Counted from the first letter of the stretch, positions 28,397 to 38,590 are shown. The stretch: 64,000 bases of DNA from Candidatus Sungiibacteriota bacterium (GCA_016201505.1 JACQCQ010000002.1:76750-140749), one strand, 5' to 3'. The notes: generated from the letters alone by a model not told the origin. A program made the numbers and translations.

Positions 28397-28861
28397 ATGG
28401 AAAGTAAAAATAAAAAGGTCATGGTCGCAGTTTCCGGCGGATTTGACCCGGTGCATATTGGGCATGTTCGGATGTTTTGCGAGGCGCGAAAACTCGGAGA
28501 CTCCCTCGTTGTCATATTGAATAACGATCATTGGTTAAAAAAGAAAAAAGGGTTTAGTTTTATGCCCGAGAAAGAACGCAAAGAGATTCTGGAAAGCTTT
28601 CGCTGGGTGGACAAGGTAGTGCTGACATCCCATCCCCGGAATCCAAAAGATATGAGCGTTTCGCGAGAGTTGTTGAAAATAAAGCCAGCCATTTTTGTGA
28701 ACGGCGGCGACCGCAATCAGCATAATACGCCAGAAAACGAGGTCTGCAAGCAAATTGGCTGCCGCATAGTATTCGGAGTCGGGCGGGGCGGCAAGGTGCA
28801 GTCAAGCTCCTGGTTGCTTGGAAAACATTTAGGAAGGCATAAAGTAGGTAAGAAAAATTAG
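28397..28861 (+). CDS. cytidylyltransferase-like nucleotidyltransferase (TagD/RfaE domain II-like, HIGH motif)
   Basis: It carries 'GGFDPVHIGHVRM' (the H-x-G-H motif). Confidence 0.6.
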   Translation: MESKNKKVMVAVSGGFDPVHIGHVRMFCEARKLGDSLVVILNNDHWLKKKKGFSFMPEKERKEILESFRWVDKVVLTSHPRNPKDMSVSRELLKIKPAIFVNGGDRNQHNTPENEVCKQIGCRIVFGVGRGGKVQSSSWLLGKHLGRHKVGKKN

Positions 28862-28862
28862 C

Positions 28863-29729
28863 ATGAAAGTTATCACTCACAGCGGACATTTTCAGCCGGA
28901 TGATGTATTTGCCATAGCCGCGCTTTCCTTAATGCTCGGCGATTTCGAGTTGGTTCGGTCGCGTGACCCCGAAGTTATAAAAACCGGAGACTATGTGGTT
29001 GATGTAGGTCGCGAGTATGACCCGGAGAAAAATCGGTTTGATCACCATCAAGCAGGCGGCGCGGGGACAAGAAAAAATGGCGTGTCGTATTCGTCCATTG
29101 GGCTTATCTGGAAACACTACGGTATTCAGCTTTCTGGAAGCGAAGAAGTGGCAAGTCGTATTGATGAAAAATTAATTCAGCCGCTCGATTTAAACGATAA
29201 CGGCCAGACTTTTTTTACGGCAGATGCGGTCTATCCCTATCTGGTTGATGATGCGCTATACGCGTTTCAGCCGACCTGGAAGGAGGGAGATGTTTTCGAT
29301 GAGCGTTTTGGAGAAGCGGTCGAAATTGCTAAAAAGATTTTAGCGCGCGAAATAAAAAGGACGAGAGAAGAGTTAGAAGCTCGCGAGTTAGTTGAGGCTC
29401 TCTATCAAGCAATGCCGGATAAGAAGCTCTTAGTCATGGATCAGAATTATCCGGCGGGAGATTTGTTTGAAACGCATCCGGAAATTTTATTTACGGTAAA
29501 ACCCGATGCCACAAATGCGACTTGGAAAGTTACGGCAGTGCGTGAAAATAAACACGACTTTAAAAACCGAAAGGATCTGCCGGCTGCGTGGGCCGGAAAG
29601 ACTGATCAAGATTTGCAGGAACTCACCGGTGTCGCTGACGCCACCTTTTGTCATAATGCCCGGTTTGTTGCCGCAGCAAAATCAAAAGAAGGCGCAATAA
29701 CGCTTGCAAAACTAGCACTCGAGTCTTGA
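28863..29729 (+). CDS. MYG1/UPF0160 family metal-dependent hydrolase
   Basis: 'MKVITHSGHFQPDDVFAIAAL' matches the MYG1 N-terminus. Confidence 0.6.
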   Translation: MKVITHSGHFQPDDVFAIAALSLMLGDFELVRSRDPEVIKTGDYVVDVGREYDPEKNRFDHHQAGGAGTRKNGVSYSSIGLIWKHYGIQLSGSEEVASRIDEKLIQPLDLNDNGQTFFTADAVYPYLVDDALYAFQPTWKEGDVFDERFGEAVEIAKKILAREIKRTREELEARELVEALYQAMPDKKLLVMDQNYPAGDLFETHPEILFTVKPDATNATWKVTAVRENKHDFKNRKDLPAAWAGKTDQDLQELTGVADATFCHNARFVAAAKSKEGAITLAKLALES

Positions 29730-31000
29730 TGACGCATTCGGTCCTGATTATTGGCGGCGGGGGAAGAGAGCATGCACTTGCCTGTAAGTTGCAGCAATCG
29801 CCGAATGTCGAGCGCATTTTTATTTTGCCGGGGAATGCCGGAACGGGAATGATCGGCGAGAATGTGGAGATTGGTATAAAGAATCACGCTAAAATCGTTG
29901 AGTTTGTAAAAGAAAATAATATTGATTTGGTCGTTGTTGGTCCGGATGATCCATTAGCCGATAGTATGGTTGATGATCTTGAAGCGGCAGGCATAAGCAT
30001 CTTTGGCCCGACGAAAGCCGCCGCCGAGATCGAATGGTCCAAAGTATTCGCTAAAGAATTTATGCAAGCCGAAGGCATTCCGACGGCAGAGTTTCAAGTT
30101 TTTAGCGACCAAAAAGAAGCCAATGAGTATGTAAAGCGTCAAAATTTCCCGGTCGTTATTAAGGCGAGCGGCTTAGCCCGGGGAAAAGGCGTCATAATTG
30201 CAAAAAATTTATTGGAGGCAGAGAAGGCAATTCAAGATCTTATGGAGCATAAGATCTTCGGCGAGGCGGGAAAGGAAATCGTGATCGAAGAATTTTTGCG
30301 TGGGGATGAAATCTCAATTCACGTATTTTGTGATGGGAAGAATATTGCCATGTTCCCGTCCGCACAAGATCACAAGCAGATTTTCGATAACGATGAGGGG
30401 CCGAACACCGGCGGTATGGGAACGATTACACCCGTGCCCTGGGTGAATAAGACCTTGATGGACCAAATTAAACGAACAATTGTTCTTCCAACTATTCGCG
30501 GGCTTGAAAAACGCGGCAGAAAATTCGTCGGTGTTTTGTATCCTGGTCTGATGATTACAAATCATGGGCCCAAAGTAATTGAATTTAATGCGCGATTCGG
30601 AGATCCGGAGGCCCAGTCCTATATGCGGGTTTTAAAAACTGATTTATTTGAGATACTATCGGCATGCGTCGAGGCAAGACTCGATCAAATCAAGATCGAA
30701 TGGACGTACGAGTCCGCCTGCTGTGTTGTTCTCGCGTCCGGCGGCTACCCGGGAGAGTATAAAAAAGGCATTTCAATTGATGGCTTAGAAACTACCAGCT
30801 CGGATGCGATAATTTTTCATGCCGGGACTAAGATGCAAGATGGAGCAATCGTAACCAACGGCGGCCGAGTTTTGGGAGTTACGGCAACCGGTAAGGATCT
30901 ATCGTCGGCCTTAGGAAAAGCGTATGCAAGGATCAAAATGATTCGCTTTGGCGGCATGCAGTATCGGAGGGATATCGGTGCCAAATCATCTGGAAAATAA
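29729..31000 (+). CDS. purD: phosphoribosylamine--glycine ligase
   Basis: It has the 'VLIIGGGGREHALACKL' motif and ATP-grasp motifs. Confidence 0.9.
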   Translation: MTHSVLIIGGGGREHALACKLQQSPNVERIFILPGNAGTGMIGENVEIGIKNHAKIVEFVKENNIDLVVVGPDDPLADSMVDDLEAAGISIFGPTKAAAEIEWSKVFAKEFMQAEGIPTAEFQVFSDQKEANEYVKRQNFPVVIKASGLARGKGVIIAKNLLEAEKAIQDLMEHKIFGEAGKEIVIEEFLRGDEISIHVFCDGKNIAMFPSAQDHKQIFDNDEGPNTGGMGTITPVPWVNKTLMDQIKRTIVLPTIRGLEKRGRKFVGVLYPGLMITNHGPKVIEFNARFGDPEAQSYMRVLKTDLFEILSACVEARLDQIKIEWTYESACCVVLASGGYPGEYKKGISIDGLETTSSDAIIFHAGTKMQDGAIVTNGGRVLGVTATGKDLSSALGKAYARIKMIRFGGMQYRRDIGAKSSGK

Positions 31001-31039
31001 AAATCTTGCGGATCTTTTGACTCAGTGTATTCTTCCGAT

Positions 31040-32152
31040 ATGGCACGCATTGTCCTGCATATTGATATGGATGCTTTCTTTGCTTCGGTGGAGGAGCGCT
31101 ATAATCCGCAGTTTCGCGGCCGGCCGTTAGTCGTGGGTGCTGATCCCAAGGGCGGTCAAGGGCGAGGGGTTGTTTCAACTTGTAATTATCTGGCGCGGAA
31201 GTATGGCATCAGGTCTGCCATGCCGATTTCAAAAGCTTGGAGTCTCGCCGAAGCCGCACAGCGCCGCGGCGAACCGGCAACCATTTTTGTTGAAGCCAGT
31301 TACGAAGCCTATGCAGAAATTTCGCGCCGTATCATGGATTTTTTACGAACGCAGGCGGCAGGATTTGAGTCCGGCGGGATTGATGAGGCCTATCTGGAAC
31401 TAAGAATTAAGAATAAGGAATTGGGAATTAAGGCAACTGACTGGATAGAAGCCGAAAAGCTGGCGCAAAAAATAAAGTTACATATCAAAAAAACTGAAGG
31501 GCTGACGGCCTCGGTCGGCATCGGTCCGAATAAATTAATTGCTAAAATCGCCTCCGATTTTAAAAAGCCCGATGGACTGATGGTGGTGCGACCCCCGGAA
31601 GTTATTGAATTTTTAGCCCCTCTTTCAATTCGAGTTATACCCGGTATCGGACCCAAAGCAGAAATTGACTTGAATAAAAATGGCATCAAACTGATCGGCG
31701 ACTTGCAGAAGTTATCGGAGGCCGAACTCTATGATACCTTCGGCGATTGGGGGTTGTGGCTTGCCCGAAATGCGCGGGGTGAGAGCGACAGCCCCGTATC
31801 TGATGAGGGCGAGATAAAATCCATCGGCGAGCAGGCAACCTTTGAGACCGACACGTTGAATCCGGGGGCCCTGCTTGATAGGCTAGATAAGCTTTGCTCT
31901 CACGTATTCAAGCGCTTTCGCCACTCCGAGTTTAATACCTTTCGCCAAGTTACCATTACCGTGCGGTTTTTTGATTTCATAACCCGGACGCGCTCGAAGA
32001 CTCTCCCTAAAGATGAAAACTCCAGCCTCATCTTAAAACGCGAGGTCATCCTGAGCTTTCTGCCATTCCTGGATGATCGTGAAAATCCCAAACGAAAAAG
32101 GATCCGGCTCCTCGGCGTGCGTATAGAGAAGTTCGGCCGGACGAGTAAATAA
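31040..32152 (+). CDS. dinB: DNA polymerase IV (Y-family)
   Basis: 'IVLHIDMDAFFASVEE' is the canonical DinB N-terminus. Confidence 0.85.
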   Translation: MARIVLHIDMDAFFASVEERYNPQFRGRPLVVGADPKGGQGRGVVSTCNYLARKYGIRSAMPISKAWSLAEAAQRRGEPATIFVEASYEAYAEISRRIMDFLRTQAAGFESGGIDEAYLELRIKNKELGIKATDWIEAEKLAQKIKLHIKKTEGLTASVGIGPNKLIAKIASDFKKPDGLMVVRPPEVIEFLAPLSIRVIPGIGPKAEIDLNKNGIKLIGDLQKLSEAELYDTFGDWGLWLARNARGESDSPVSDEGEIKSIGEQATFETDTLNPGALLDRLDKLCSHVFKRFRHSEFNTFRQVTITVRFFDFITRTRSKTLPKDENSSLILKREVILSFLPFLDDRENPKRKRIRLLGVRIEKFGRTSK

Positions 32153-32186
32153 TCATGAGACGCCATCCATCTTCGTCTTAAGACAT

Positions 32187-32216
32187 ACCTATACCGTACT
32201 ATAGTACGGTATAGGT
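32187..32216. repeat. 30-bp perfect palindrome acctataccgtactatagtacggtataggt
   Basis: Read directly. It lies 3' of dinB, has a GTACTATAGTAC centre, and is related to the palindrome at 48065–48098. Confidence 0.8.
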
Positions 32217-32253
32217 ACTTTGCGGCCGCGATGGTTTTGCGGGCCTGAGGCCT

Positions 32254-32778
32254 ATGAAAGAAATTGAAATAAAATTCATGGTTGCTAGTTTCGATGCGAT
32301 TATCCCGAAATTAAAAAAACTCGGGGCGCGTTGCGAATGGAAAGGACTCGAGGAGAGTTATTTTTTTGATACTAGGTCAAAAACGCTTAAGTCAAAACGT
32401 CAAATGCTGCGGCTGCGCCGCTGGCAGGGGCACTCCAATTCTCTGACCTTAAAATTAGAACCCGAGAAAGACTCGGCTAAATTCAAGATCCGCGATGAAT
32501 ATCAAATTACGATTAGCGATATCAATGTCATGCGCAACATTTTAAAGTTCTTGGGATTTCGCGAGTACATGCGATACAAAAAATGTCGCGAGCATTGGAG
32601 AGTGCAAGATGCGGCAATCGAACTTGACACGGTATATAATCTCAAATTTGTCGAGATCGAAGGCTCTCGTGAGGCGATTCATAAAATGGCCGCCGAACTT
32701 GGCCTTGACTGGTCGGCTATGACGACGAAGGGCTATCTTTCAATCATTCGCGATTTGCGGAGAAAGCCAGGACGGTAA
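32254..32778 (+). CDS. CYTH domain protein (triphosphate tunnel metalloenzyme / class IV adenylyl cyclase-like)
   Basis: It has the 'MKEIEIKF' ExExK motif at the N-terminus. Confidence 0.65.
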   Translation: MKEIEIKFMVASFDAIIPKLKKLGARCEWKGLEESYFFDTRSKTLKSKRQMLRLRRWQGHSNSLTLKLEPEKDSAKFKIRDEYQITISDINVMRNILKFLGFREYMRYKKCREHWRVQDAAIELDTVYNLKFVEIEGSREAIHKMAAELGLDWSAMTTKGYLSIIRDLRRKPGR

Positions 32779-32805
32779 TATGCTGAAGTAAAAGGGGGTG
32801 ATCCG

Positions 32806-32988
32806 ATGTTGGTTTTACTTCTCGCCATCTGGGAGTCTTTGAAGAAAACTTTCAATGGAAGCTCGACAGTCTCAACGGGTGAATCGCCCCATGATCTATC
32901 GCATGGCTGCCGGGGCATGTCGGACTGCCCCAGTATCGCCTGCGAGGGTAAGACTGAAAAGGATCCGACACCTGACGCGCGGCATTGA
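32806..32988 (+). CDS. small Cys-containing hypothetical protein (60 aa)
   Basis: A strong RBS (aaaggggg) precedes it and a terminator follows at 32977–33008. Confidence 0.3.
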   Translation: MLVLLLAIWESLKKTFNGSSTVSTGESPHDLSHGCRGMSDCPSIACEGKTEKDPTPDARH

Positions 32989-33042
32989 ACCTAATGCCGC
33001 GCTTTTGATTTGAATAATTTTTTGTATTACTATCGCCGCATT

Positions 33043-35616
33043 ATGCCAACGAAAGCTATCCGCCTCCATCCCGGCAATTTAATCCCCGAGCGGTATCGGA
33101 TTAGGCTACACCCGAATTTACAAGCTTCTACTTTTAGAGGCGAGGAGACGATATATCTGGTGCTCAAAAAACTGACCAAGCGCATTACTCTGCACTCAAA
33201 AGACCTAAAGCTTTCAGGGGTTATTTTTAGGAGTAAGAATAGAGAGGTAAAAATAACGAGTGTTCAATACGACAGAGAGGGCGAGATGGCGCATCTCCGC
33301 TTCGGTGGGTTACTGCCGGCGGGCAAAGCCGAACTCAATCTTGTGTTTGCGGGGAAGTTAAACGACTCGATGCGAGGGTTTTATCGTAGTAGGTACGAAA
33401 AAAACGGCGCTGCTTTTTATATGGCCGTCTCCCAGTTTGAAGCGACCGATGCCAGGCGCGCATTTCCCTGCATTGATGAACCAAAGGCCAAAGCCATTTT
33501 TGATATCTCGCTGATTGTGGCGGACGATCACGTCGCTATCTCAAATACCTACGAGACAGAAGTCCGTCAGCACTCGCCAGGATTCAAGGTCATCAAATTT
33601 GCTCCGACGCCCATGATGTCAACCTATTTGGTTGCTTTTATTATCGGTGATCTTGAGTTTATAGAAACTAAAACTAAAGAAGGCGTCTTGGTGCGCGTAT
33701 TTACGACGCCAGGCAAAAAGCACCAGGCAAAATTTGCCCTCGATGTGGCTGCAAAGTCGCTATCCTTTTATGCAAGTTACTTCGGCATCGAGTATCCCTT
33801 GCCGGTGCTCGATATGATTGCCATTCCCGACTTTGCCGCCGGGGCCATGGAAAATTGGGGAGCCGTAACCTATCGCGAGTCGGCCATTTTAGTTGATCCC
33901 GATAACTCTTCGACGGCTAACAAACAGTGGGTGGCACTCGTGATTGCGCATGAACTGGCGCATCAGTGGTTCGGGGATCTCGTCACGATGGAGTGGTGGA
34001 CGCATTTATGGTTAAACGAGGGATTTGCTTCCTACATTGAGTTTCTGGCGGTTGATCATCTTTTTCCGCAATGGAACATCTGGAATCATTTTATCACCTA
34101 TGATTTTGAGGCGGCGCTGCAGTCGGATGCTTTAAAAAACACGCATCCGGTTGAGGTCAAGGTTCATCATCCCCACGCCATCAGCGAAATTTTTGATGCC
34201 GTCAGTTATCAAAAGGGCGCGGCCATCATCCGGATGCTGGCGGGTTACCTGGGTGCGGAAAATTTTAGACGGGGACTCAATCACTATTTAGCAAAGCACC
34301 AATACGCAAACGCCACGACCGAAGATCTCTGGCGCGCCTTCGAGCACCATTCCCAAAAACCGGTGGCGAAAATCATGGCAGGCTGGACGGGGCGTCCCGG
34401 GTATCCGCTGGTCTCGGTTTTACAAAAAGGGGCAGATCTTCGATTTCGTCAGTCGCGTTTTTTCCGCAGTGCGCTTGCTCGCAAGTCTTCAAGGGACAAA
34501 ACCATTTGGCGCATCCCGCTTTCATTTATTCAAAATGGTACGAAACCAAAGCATATTCTTCTAGAGAATAGTCAAGCAGCTCACGTGGTAGCGAAGGCGA
34601 GCGGTTGGATAAAACTGAACATAGGATCGATCGGCGTTTATCGCGTCAAATACGAACCTGAAAATCTTGATTTGTTGAAGCCGCTCGTTCGATCGAAGAA
34701 ATTAGCGCCGCGGGATCGATTTAATCTGGAAAGCGATATATTCGCGCTGGCCGAAGCCGGTGAGATTTCAGCAGCTCGCGCGCTCTCATTCGCCGAATCT
34801 TTTAAAAAAGAAACCGAGTACATGATTCTGGCCGATCTCGCAGCTAATCTCGGCCTGCTCCATCAGCTTTTCTATCACGAGCACTTTATCAACGATTTGC
34901 GCGCTTTCGGCCGGTCAATCTTTCAACCGCTAGAGAAAAAACTCGGCTGGCAGAAGAAAACAGGCGAAGGGCACGAGACAACGCTGCTGCGCAGTTTGGT
35001 CATCGCGGCGCTCGGCGTCTATCAGGATCGCGCCGCCATCCAAAAAGCCAAGAGGCTGTTTTACCATTTAGTCCAGCGAAAACAGCCGATCTATCCCGAT
35101 ATTCGCGGCGCGGTCTACGGCATGGTAGCGCGGCATGGGAGCGGGAAGGCATATACTCAATTTTTGAGAATGTATAAAGCGGCGAACCTCCAGGAAGAAA
35201 AAAATCGCATTGCGCGGGCGCTCGCCATGTTTCCTAATCCCGCATGGATTGAAAGATCACTCGAATTTGCATTTTCGAAGGGGGTCCGGCCGCAGGATAC
35301 AGCATTTTTCTTTGGGCCAGCATGTATGAATCCAGAGGGGCGAGAAATGGCCTGGAAATTCATGCAAAACCGTTGGCCGACGATCCTCGACCGCTACGGC
35401 GAGGGCGGCCATATGCTGCCTGCGTTTATAAAACCCCTAAAAGTATTTCACACCAAAGAAAAAGCGGCCGAGGTCCGCGCATTTTTCAAAACTCATAAAG
35501 CCCCAGGCGGCGAGCGGACGGTTCAACAAGTGCTGGAAGAGATTGAATCTAACGCCGATTGGCTGATGCGCGATCGAGAGGAACTGCGAAACTGGTTTCT
35601 GTCCCGGCGTGGATAA
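33043..35616 (+). CDS. pepN: M1 family aminopeptidase N
   Basis: It has 'GAMENWG', the zinc site 'HELAHQWFG', and 'WLNEGFA'. The ATG at 33043 is preferred because the track's 33010 start is a TTG inside the terminator. Confidence 0.9.
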   Translation: MPTKAIRLHPGNLIPERYRIRLHPNLQASTFRGEETIYLVLKKLTKRITLHSKDLKLSGVIFRSKNREVKITSVQYDREGEMAHLRFGGLLPAGKAELNLVFAGKLNDSMRGFYRSRYEKNGAAFYMAVSQFEATDARRAFPCIDEPKAKAIFDISLIVADDHVAISNTYETEVRQHSPGFKVIKFAPTPMMSTYLVAFIIGDLEFIETKTKEGVLVRVFTTPGKKHQAKFALDVAAKSLSFYASYFGIEYPLPVLDMIAIPDFAAGAMENWGAVTYRESAILVDPDNSSTANKQWVALVIAHELAHQWFGDLVTMEWWTHLWLNEGFASYIEFLAVDHLFPQWNIWNHFITYDFEAALQSDALKNTHPVEVKVHHPHAISEIFDAVSYQKGAAIIRMLAGYLGAENFRRGLNHYLAKHQYANATTEDLWRAFEHHSQKPVAKIMAGWTGRPGYPLVSVLQKGADLRFRQSRFFRSALARKSSRDKTIWRIPLSFIQNGTKPKHILLENSQAAHVVAKASGWIKLNIGSIGVYRVKYEPENLDLLKPLVRSKKLAPRDRFNLESDIFALAEAGEISAARALSFAESFKKETEYMILADLAANLGLLHQLFYHEHFINDLRAFGRSIFQPLEKKLGWQKKTGEGHETTLLRSLVIAALGVYQDRAAIQKAKRLFYHLVQRKQPIYPDIRGAVYGMVARHGSGKAYTQFLRMYKAANLQEEKNRIARALAMFPNPAWIERSLEFAFSKGVRPQDTAFFFGPACMNPEGREMAWKFMQNRWPTILDRYGEGGHMLPAFIKPLKVFHTKEKAAEVRAFFKTHKAPGGERTVQQVLEEIESNADWLMRDREELRNWFLSRRG

Positions 35617-35676
35617 GTAAGTTGCCGGACTCACTAAAAAAGATACAATAGAGATATCATACCTAACACATTGGGA

Positions 35677-36285
35677 ATGAAGTCTTCACACATCGGCATC
35701 GGTATAATATTCTCTTTTCTGCTGGCTTCGCCGTTGGCGGTCATGGCCGAAGGCACGACCACCACAACCATAACCGCAAGTTCGACGCCCTATACGGTCA
35801 TGCGCCAGAATATTCGAGCCAAAATTGAAGAAAAAAAGGCTAGTTTAACCAAGAAGTTCGGCGAGGCTAAACTCCAGAGAGTTGAAAAATTAGCTGAAGC
35901 GATGTTCCGCAAGTTTGAGGCGTCCGCTCATCAGATGGAAACGTTATCAGGTAAAATCGGCAGGAAATTGAGTTCGTTTGGCTCGAAAGGCGCTGATGTC
36001 ACGGCGGCCAAAGCCCAGCTTGATACGGCGAACGGATTGATAGAAGCGGCAAAACAGAAACTTGAAGATGCAAAAAATCAGCTGACGAAGACACTCGATG
36101 CCTCGAATCCATTAGCATCGTACAAAAACGTGCAGACTCTTTTAAATGATGTGCGCGACTCTTTGAAAACCGCGCGGAAGAATCTCGATATGGTTCTGCC
36201 GCTGGTGATTCGCGGCTATAAGACCGCTTCGACCACTCCCGCAATGACCGCTTCCACAACCGCCTCAACCAGCCGATCATATTAA
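35677..36285 (+). CDS. secreted coiled-coil hypothetical protein (signal peptide)
   Basis: The N-terminal sequence 'MKSSHIGIGIIFSFLLASPLAVMA' is followed by Thr-rich and coiled-coil segments. Confidence 0.45.
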   Translation: MKSSHIGIGIIFSFLLASPLAVMAEGTTTTTITASSTPYTVMRQNIRAKIEEKKASLTKKFGEAKLQRVEKLAEAMFRKFEASAHQMETLSGKIGRKLSSFGSKGADVTAAKAQLDTANGLIEAAKQKLEDAKNQLTKTLDASNPLASYKNVQTLLNDVRDSLKTARKNLDMVLPLVIRGYKTASTTPAMTASTTASTSRSY

Positions 36286-36293
36286 TTTTATTT

Positions 36294-36668
36294 ATGGAAC
36301 CATCGCAAAATTCAGCCTTTTCCACCCAACCATCGCCTCAACCGATGCCGCATCTGTCCATGGTACCGCCGGTCATGCCCGATGGGGCAAAGACGGCGGG
36401 ACATCATCGCTGGTATGGATATTTGCTCTTAATCCTTCTCGCTGTCGCCGTGTTTGGCGCGATCTGGGTTTGGTATGCAAATCAGGATTATTTTGATAAC
36501 GCACTGACAGATCAAATGAATCAAAGTGCCCGGTCAGCGGCCATCTTCCAAGCGGCGGCCCAGGATAAACGCATTGAGTCTTTAAACGCCGAAGTCCAAT
36601 CAGCCGATCTCGACGCGCTCGGCAGTCAGGACTCACAAGATTTGAAAGCGGAGTTGAGGAGTAAGTAG
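36294..36668 (+). CDS. hypothetical membrane protein
   Basis: It has one TM helix, 'YGYLLLILLAVAVFGAIWVWY'. Confidence 0.4.
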   Translation: MEPSQNSAFSTQPSPQPMPHLSMVPPVMPDGAKTAGHHRWYGYLLLILLAVAVFGAIWVWYANQDYFDNALTDQMNQSARSAAIFQAAAQDKRIESLNAEVQSADLDALGSQDSQDLKAELRSK

Positions 36669-36722
36669 GAAATAGGTAATAGGAAATAGGTAATAGGAAA
36701 TGGGAAATAGGTCATAGGTAAA
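36668..36722. repeat. tandem 14-bp repeat GGAAATAGGTAATA ×4
   Basis: Read directly. The same motif recurs inside the next CDS at 36994–37040. Confidence 0.8.
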
Positions 36723-36783
36723 GAAGGCGCCGCGGCGCCTTCTTTAATTTGGCGAAATAGGGAATTTATAGAAAAATGGCTGT

Positions 36784-37182
36784 ATGCACCAGAAATTGCC
36801 GAAAGATGATGCCAGATACCAATGGACCAATCACGTGGTCCATAAGATGCGCCAGTATGCGTTGTCCGAAAGCCGCGTGAAGCGCGTGGTTTTAAATCCT
36901 AAGCGCATCGAGGCAGGCATTGCGCCGAAAACCATTGCCGTCATGCAGTCGGTGGGAACAATGAAAAAACCATTTGAAATTTGGGTGATGTATCAGGAAT
37001 TAGGAAATAGTAAAAAGGAAATAGGTAATAGTAAAAAGAAAACGTTTGCGGCGTTTCAAAATTTTCAGCCGGTTCGCAAACGAATTATTACCGCCTGGAG
37101 ATATCCGGGGAAATCAAAGCCGAGAGATAAGCCGCCGGTGCCGCAGGATATTCTCGATGAGCTTGTCAATGGACTTAATTAA
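36784..37182 (+). CDS. hypothetical protein containing a repeat-derived 'ELGNSKKEIGNSKKK' insert
   Basis: 132 aa. The internal DNA repeat 'aggaaataggtaatagtaaaaag' matches the upstream tandem repeat. Confidence 0.35.
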   Translation: MHQKLPKDDARYQWTNHVVHKMRQYALSESRVKRVVLNPKRIEAGIAPKTIAVMQSVGTMKKPFEIWVMYQELGNSKKEIGNSKKKTFAAFQNFQPVRKRIITAWRYPGKSKPRDKPPVPQDILDELVNGLN

Positions 37183-37221
37183 AGAGTACGGGAACGTTGG
37201 CCTTCAAAAAATGGAGTTTAC

Positions 37222-37923
37222 ATGCTAGCCTATAGGCTGAGTTTGGAGGCTATGAAACAGGCTGGCAGCATAACGGGAATTGTGGCGGCGATTATCGCGC
37301 TGGGTGTAATTTATTTCTGGCGTGCTGAAAAACAAAATAATGAAGCCGCGTCAGTCATAAATTCTCAAAGCTCTCAAACTGCGCCTTCATCAGGACAAAC
37401 TATCATTATGGCAACCATTAAAACAGCCAAAGGGGATATTAGTTTAGAATTATATCCCAAGGCCGCGCCGCATACGGTGGATAATTTTATAAAACTGGCC
37501 GAATCCGGATTTTATAACGGCATTACGTTTCATCGCGTCGTTCCCGGGTTTGTGATTCAGGCGGGAGACCCCTATTCGAAAACCGGCGACTCTCGCGTTG
37601 GGACCGGTGGACCCGGCTATGCTTTTGATGATGAAATTAATCCCAAAGCCCAAGGGTTAACGGACGGAGAGATCAAAACACTCGAAGCCCGCGGCTACAA
37701 ATTTGATTTTAATCTGCCTTCACTTCCAGTGACGGTTGGTGTCAGCGCTATGGCAAACGCCGGGCCGAATACGAACGGGTCGCAATTTTTCATCGTGACT
37801 GACAAAGATCAGCCGGCTTTAAACGGCCAATACACCGTATTTGGCAAAGTGACCGCCGGCCTGGACGTCGTTAAAAAAATAACCCAAGGCGATGCCATCG
37901 AAACCATCCGCGTCACGAAGTGA
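37222..37923 (+). CDS. ppiB: peptidyl-prolyl cis-trans isomerase, cyclophilin type, membrane-anchored
   Basis: It has 'GFYNGITFHRVVPGFVIQAGDP' and 'GSQFFIVT' motifs, with an N-terminal TM helix. Confidence 0.85.
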   Translation: MLAYRLSLEAMKQAGSITGIVAAIIALGVIYFWRAEKQNNEAASVINSQSSQTAPSSGQTIIMATIKTAKGDISLELYPKAAPHTVDNFIKLAESGFYNGITFHRVVPGFVIQAGDPYSKTGDSRVGTGGPGYAFDDEINPKAQGLTDGEIKTLEARGYKFDFNLPSLPVTVGVSAMANAGPNTNGSQFFIVTDKDQPALNGQYTVFGKVTAGLDVVKKITQGDAIETIRVTK

Positions 37924-38590
37924 TCGGGCTTCCCGCGGTGAGGCCAAAAAAAAGACTTGGCTTTCGCATACGGGACTCGAAGGATTTGAACGCTGCCCGC
38001 GTTGCTTTTGGCTGCAATACAACAAAAAGATCAGGCAGCCCGAAGGTATTGTCTCGCGACTGGCTAATCGGTTTGATCGATTGTTTAAAGCCTATTTTAA
38101 TGCCTATCGGCCTGAATTGCCGCCGATTATAAAGGGGAAAATTACGGGACACCTAGAGCAGCCATTCACCGAAACTTATTTTTTTCATGTGGATAATGAT
38201 TTCGGCTTCTACGGAAATTTAGATGAGTGCATTGTAGAAGAGGATGGAAGCAGGACGCCGGTCGATCACAAAACTTCAACCTCCGATCCGAGAAAAGAAA
38301 AAGCTTTAATCCCCGCCTATCAGGCGCAACTCGACAGTTATGCTTTCCTGCTCGAGCAAAACGGGAAGCCAACAAGCGGCCGCGGACATCTGATTTATTA
38401 CTATCCGGATGATAGTCTCGAGATGCACAACGGCGTGCCGCTCGCAGTTGTGATAAAAACGCTCGAAACGCATCCGGCAAATACCATACAGCGCATTCAG
38501 CGCGGCATTGAGGTTTTAAAATCTGAAATTCCCGAGCCCTCCCTAGATTGTCCTTTTTGCACCTGGAGAAAAACACTCGATCTCTTATGA
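37892..38590 (+). CDS. Cas4/RecB-like PD-(D/E)XK nuclease with 4-Cys cluster (DUF83-like), orphan
   Basis: It has an N-terminal 'CPRC', a 'D…VDHK' core, a 'QAQLDSY' (QxxxY) motif, and a C-terminal 'CPFC'. No CRISPR array or other cas genes occur in the window. Confidence 0.5.
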   Translation: MPSKPSASRSDRASRGEAKKKTWLSHTGLEGFERCPRCFWLQYNKKIRQPEGIVSRLANRFDRLFKAYFNAYRPELPPIIKGKITGHLEQPFTETYFFHVDNDFGFYGNLDECIVEEDGSRTPVDHKTSTSDPRKEKALIPAYQAQLDSYAFLLEQNGKPTSGRGHLIYYYPDDSLEMHNGVPLAVVIKTLETHPANTIQRIQRGIEVLKSEIPEPSLDCPFCTWRKTLDLL

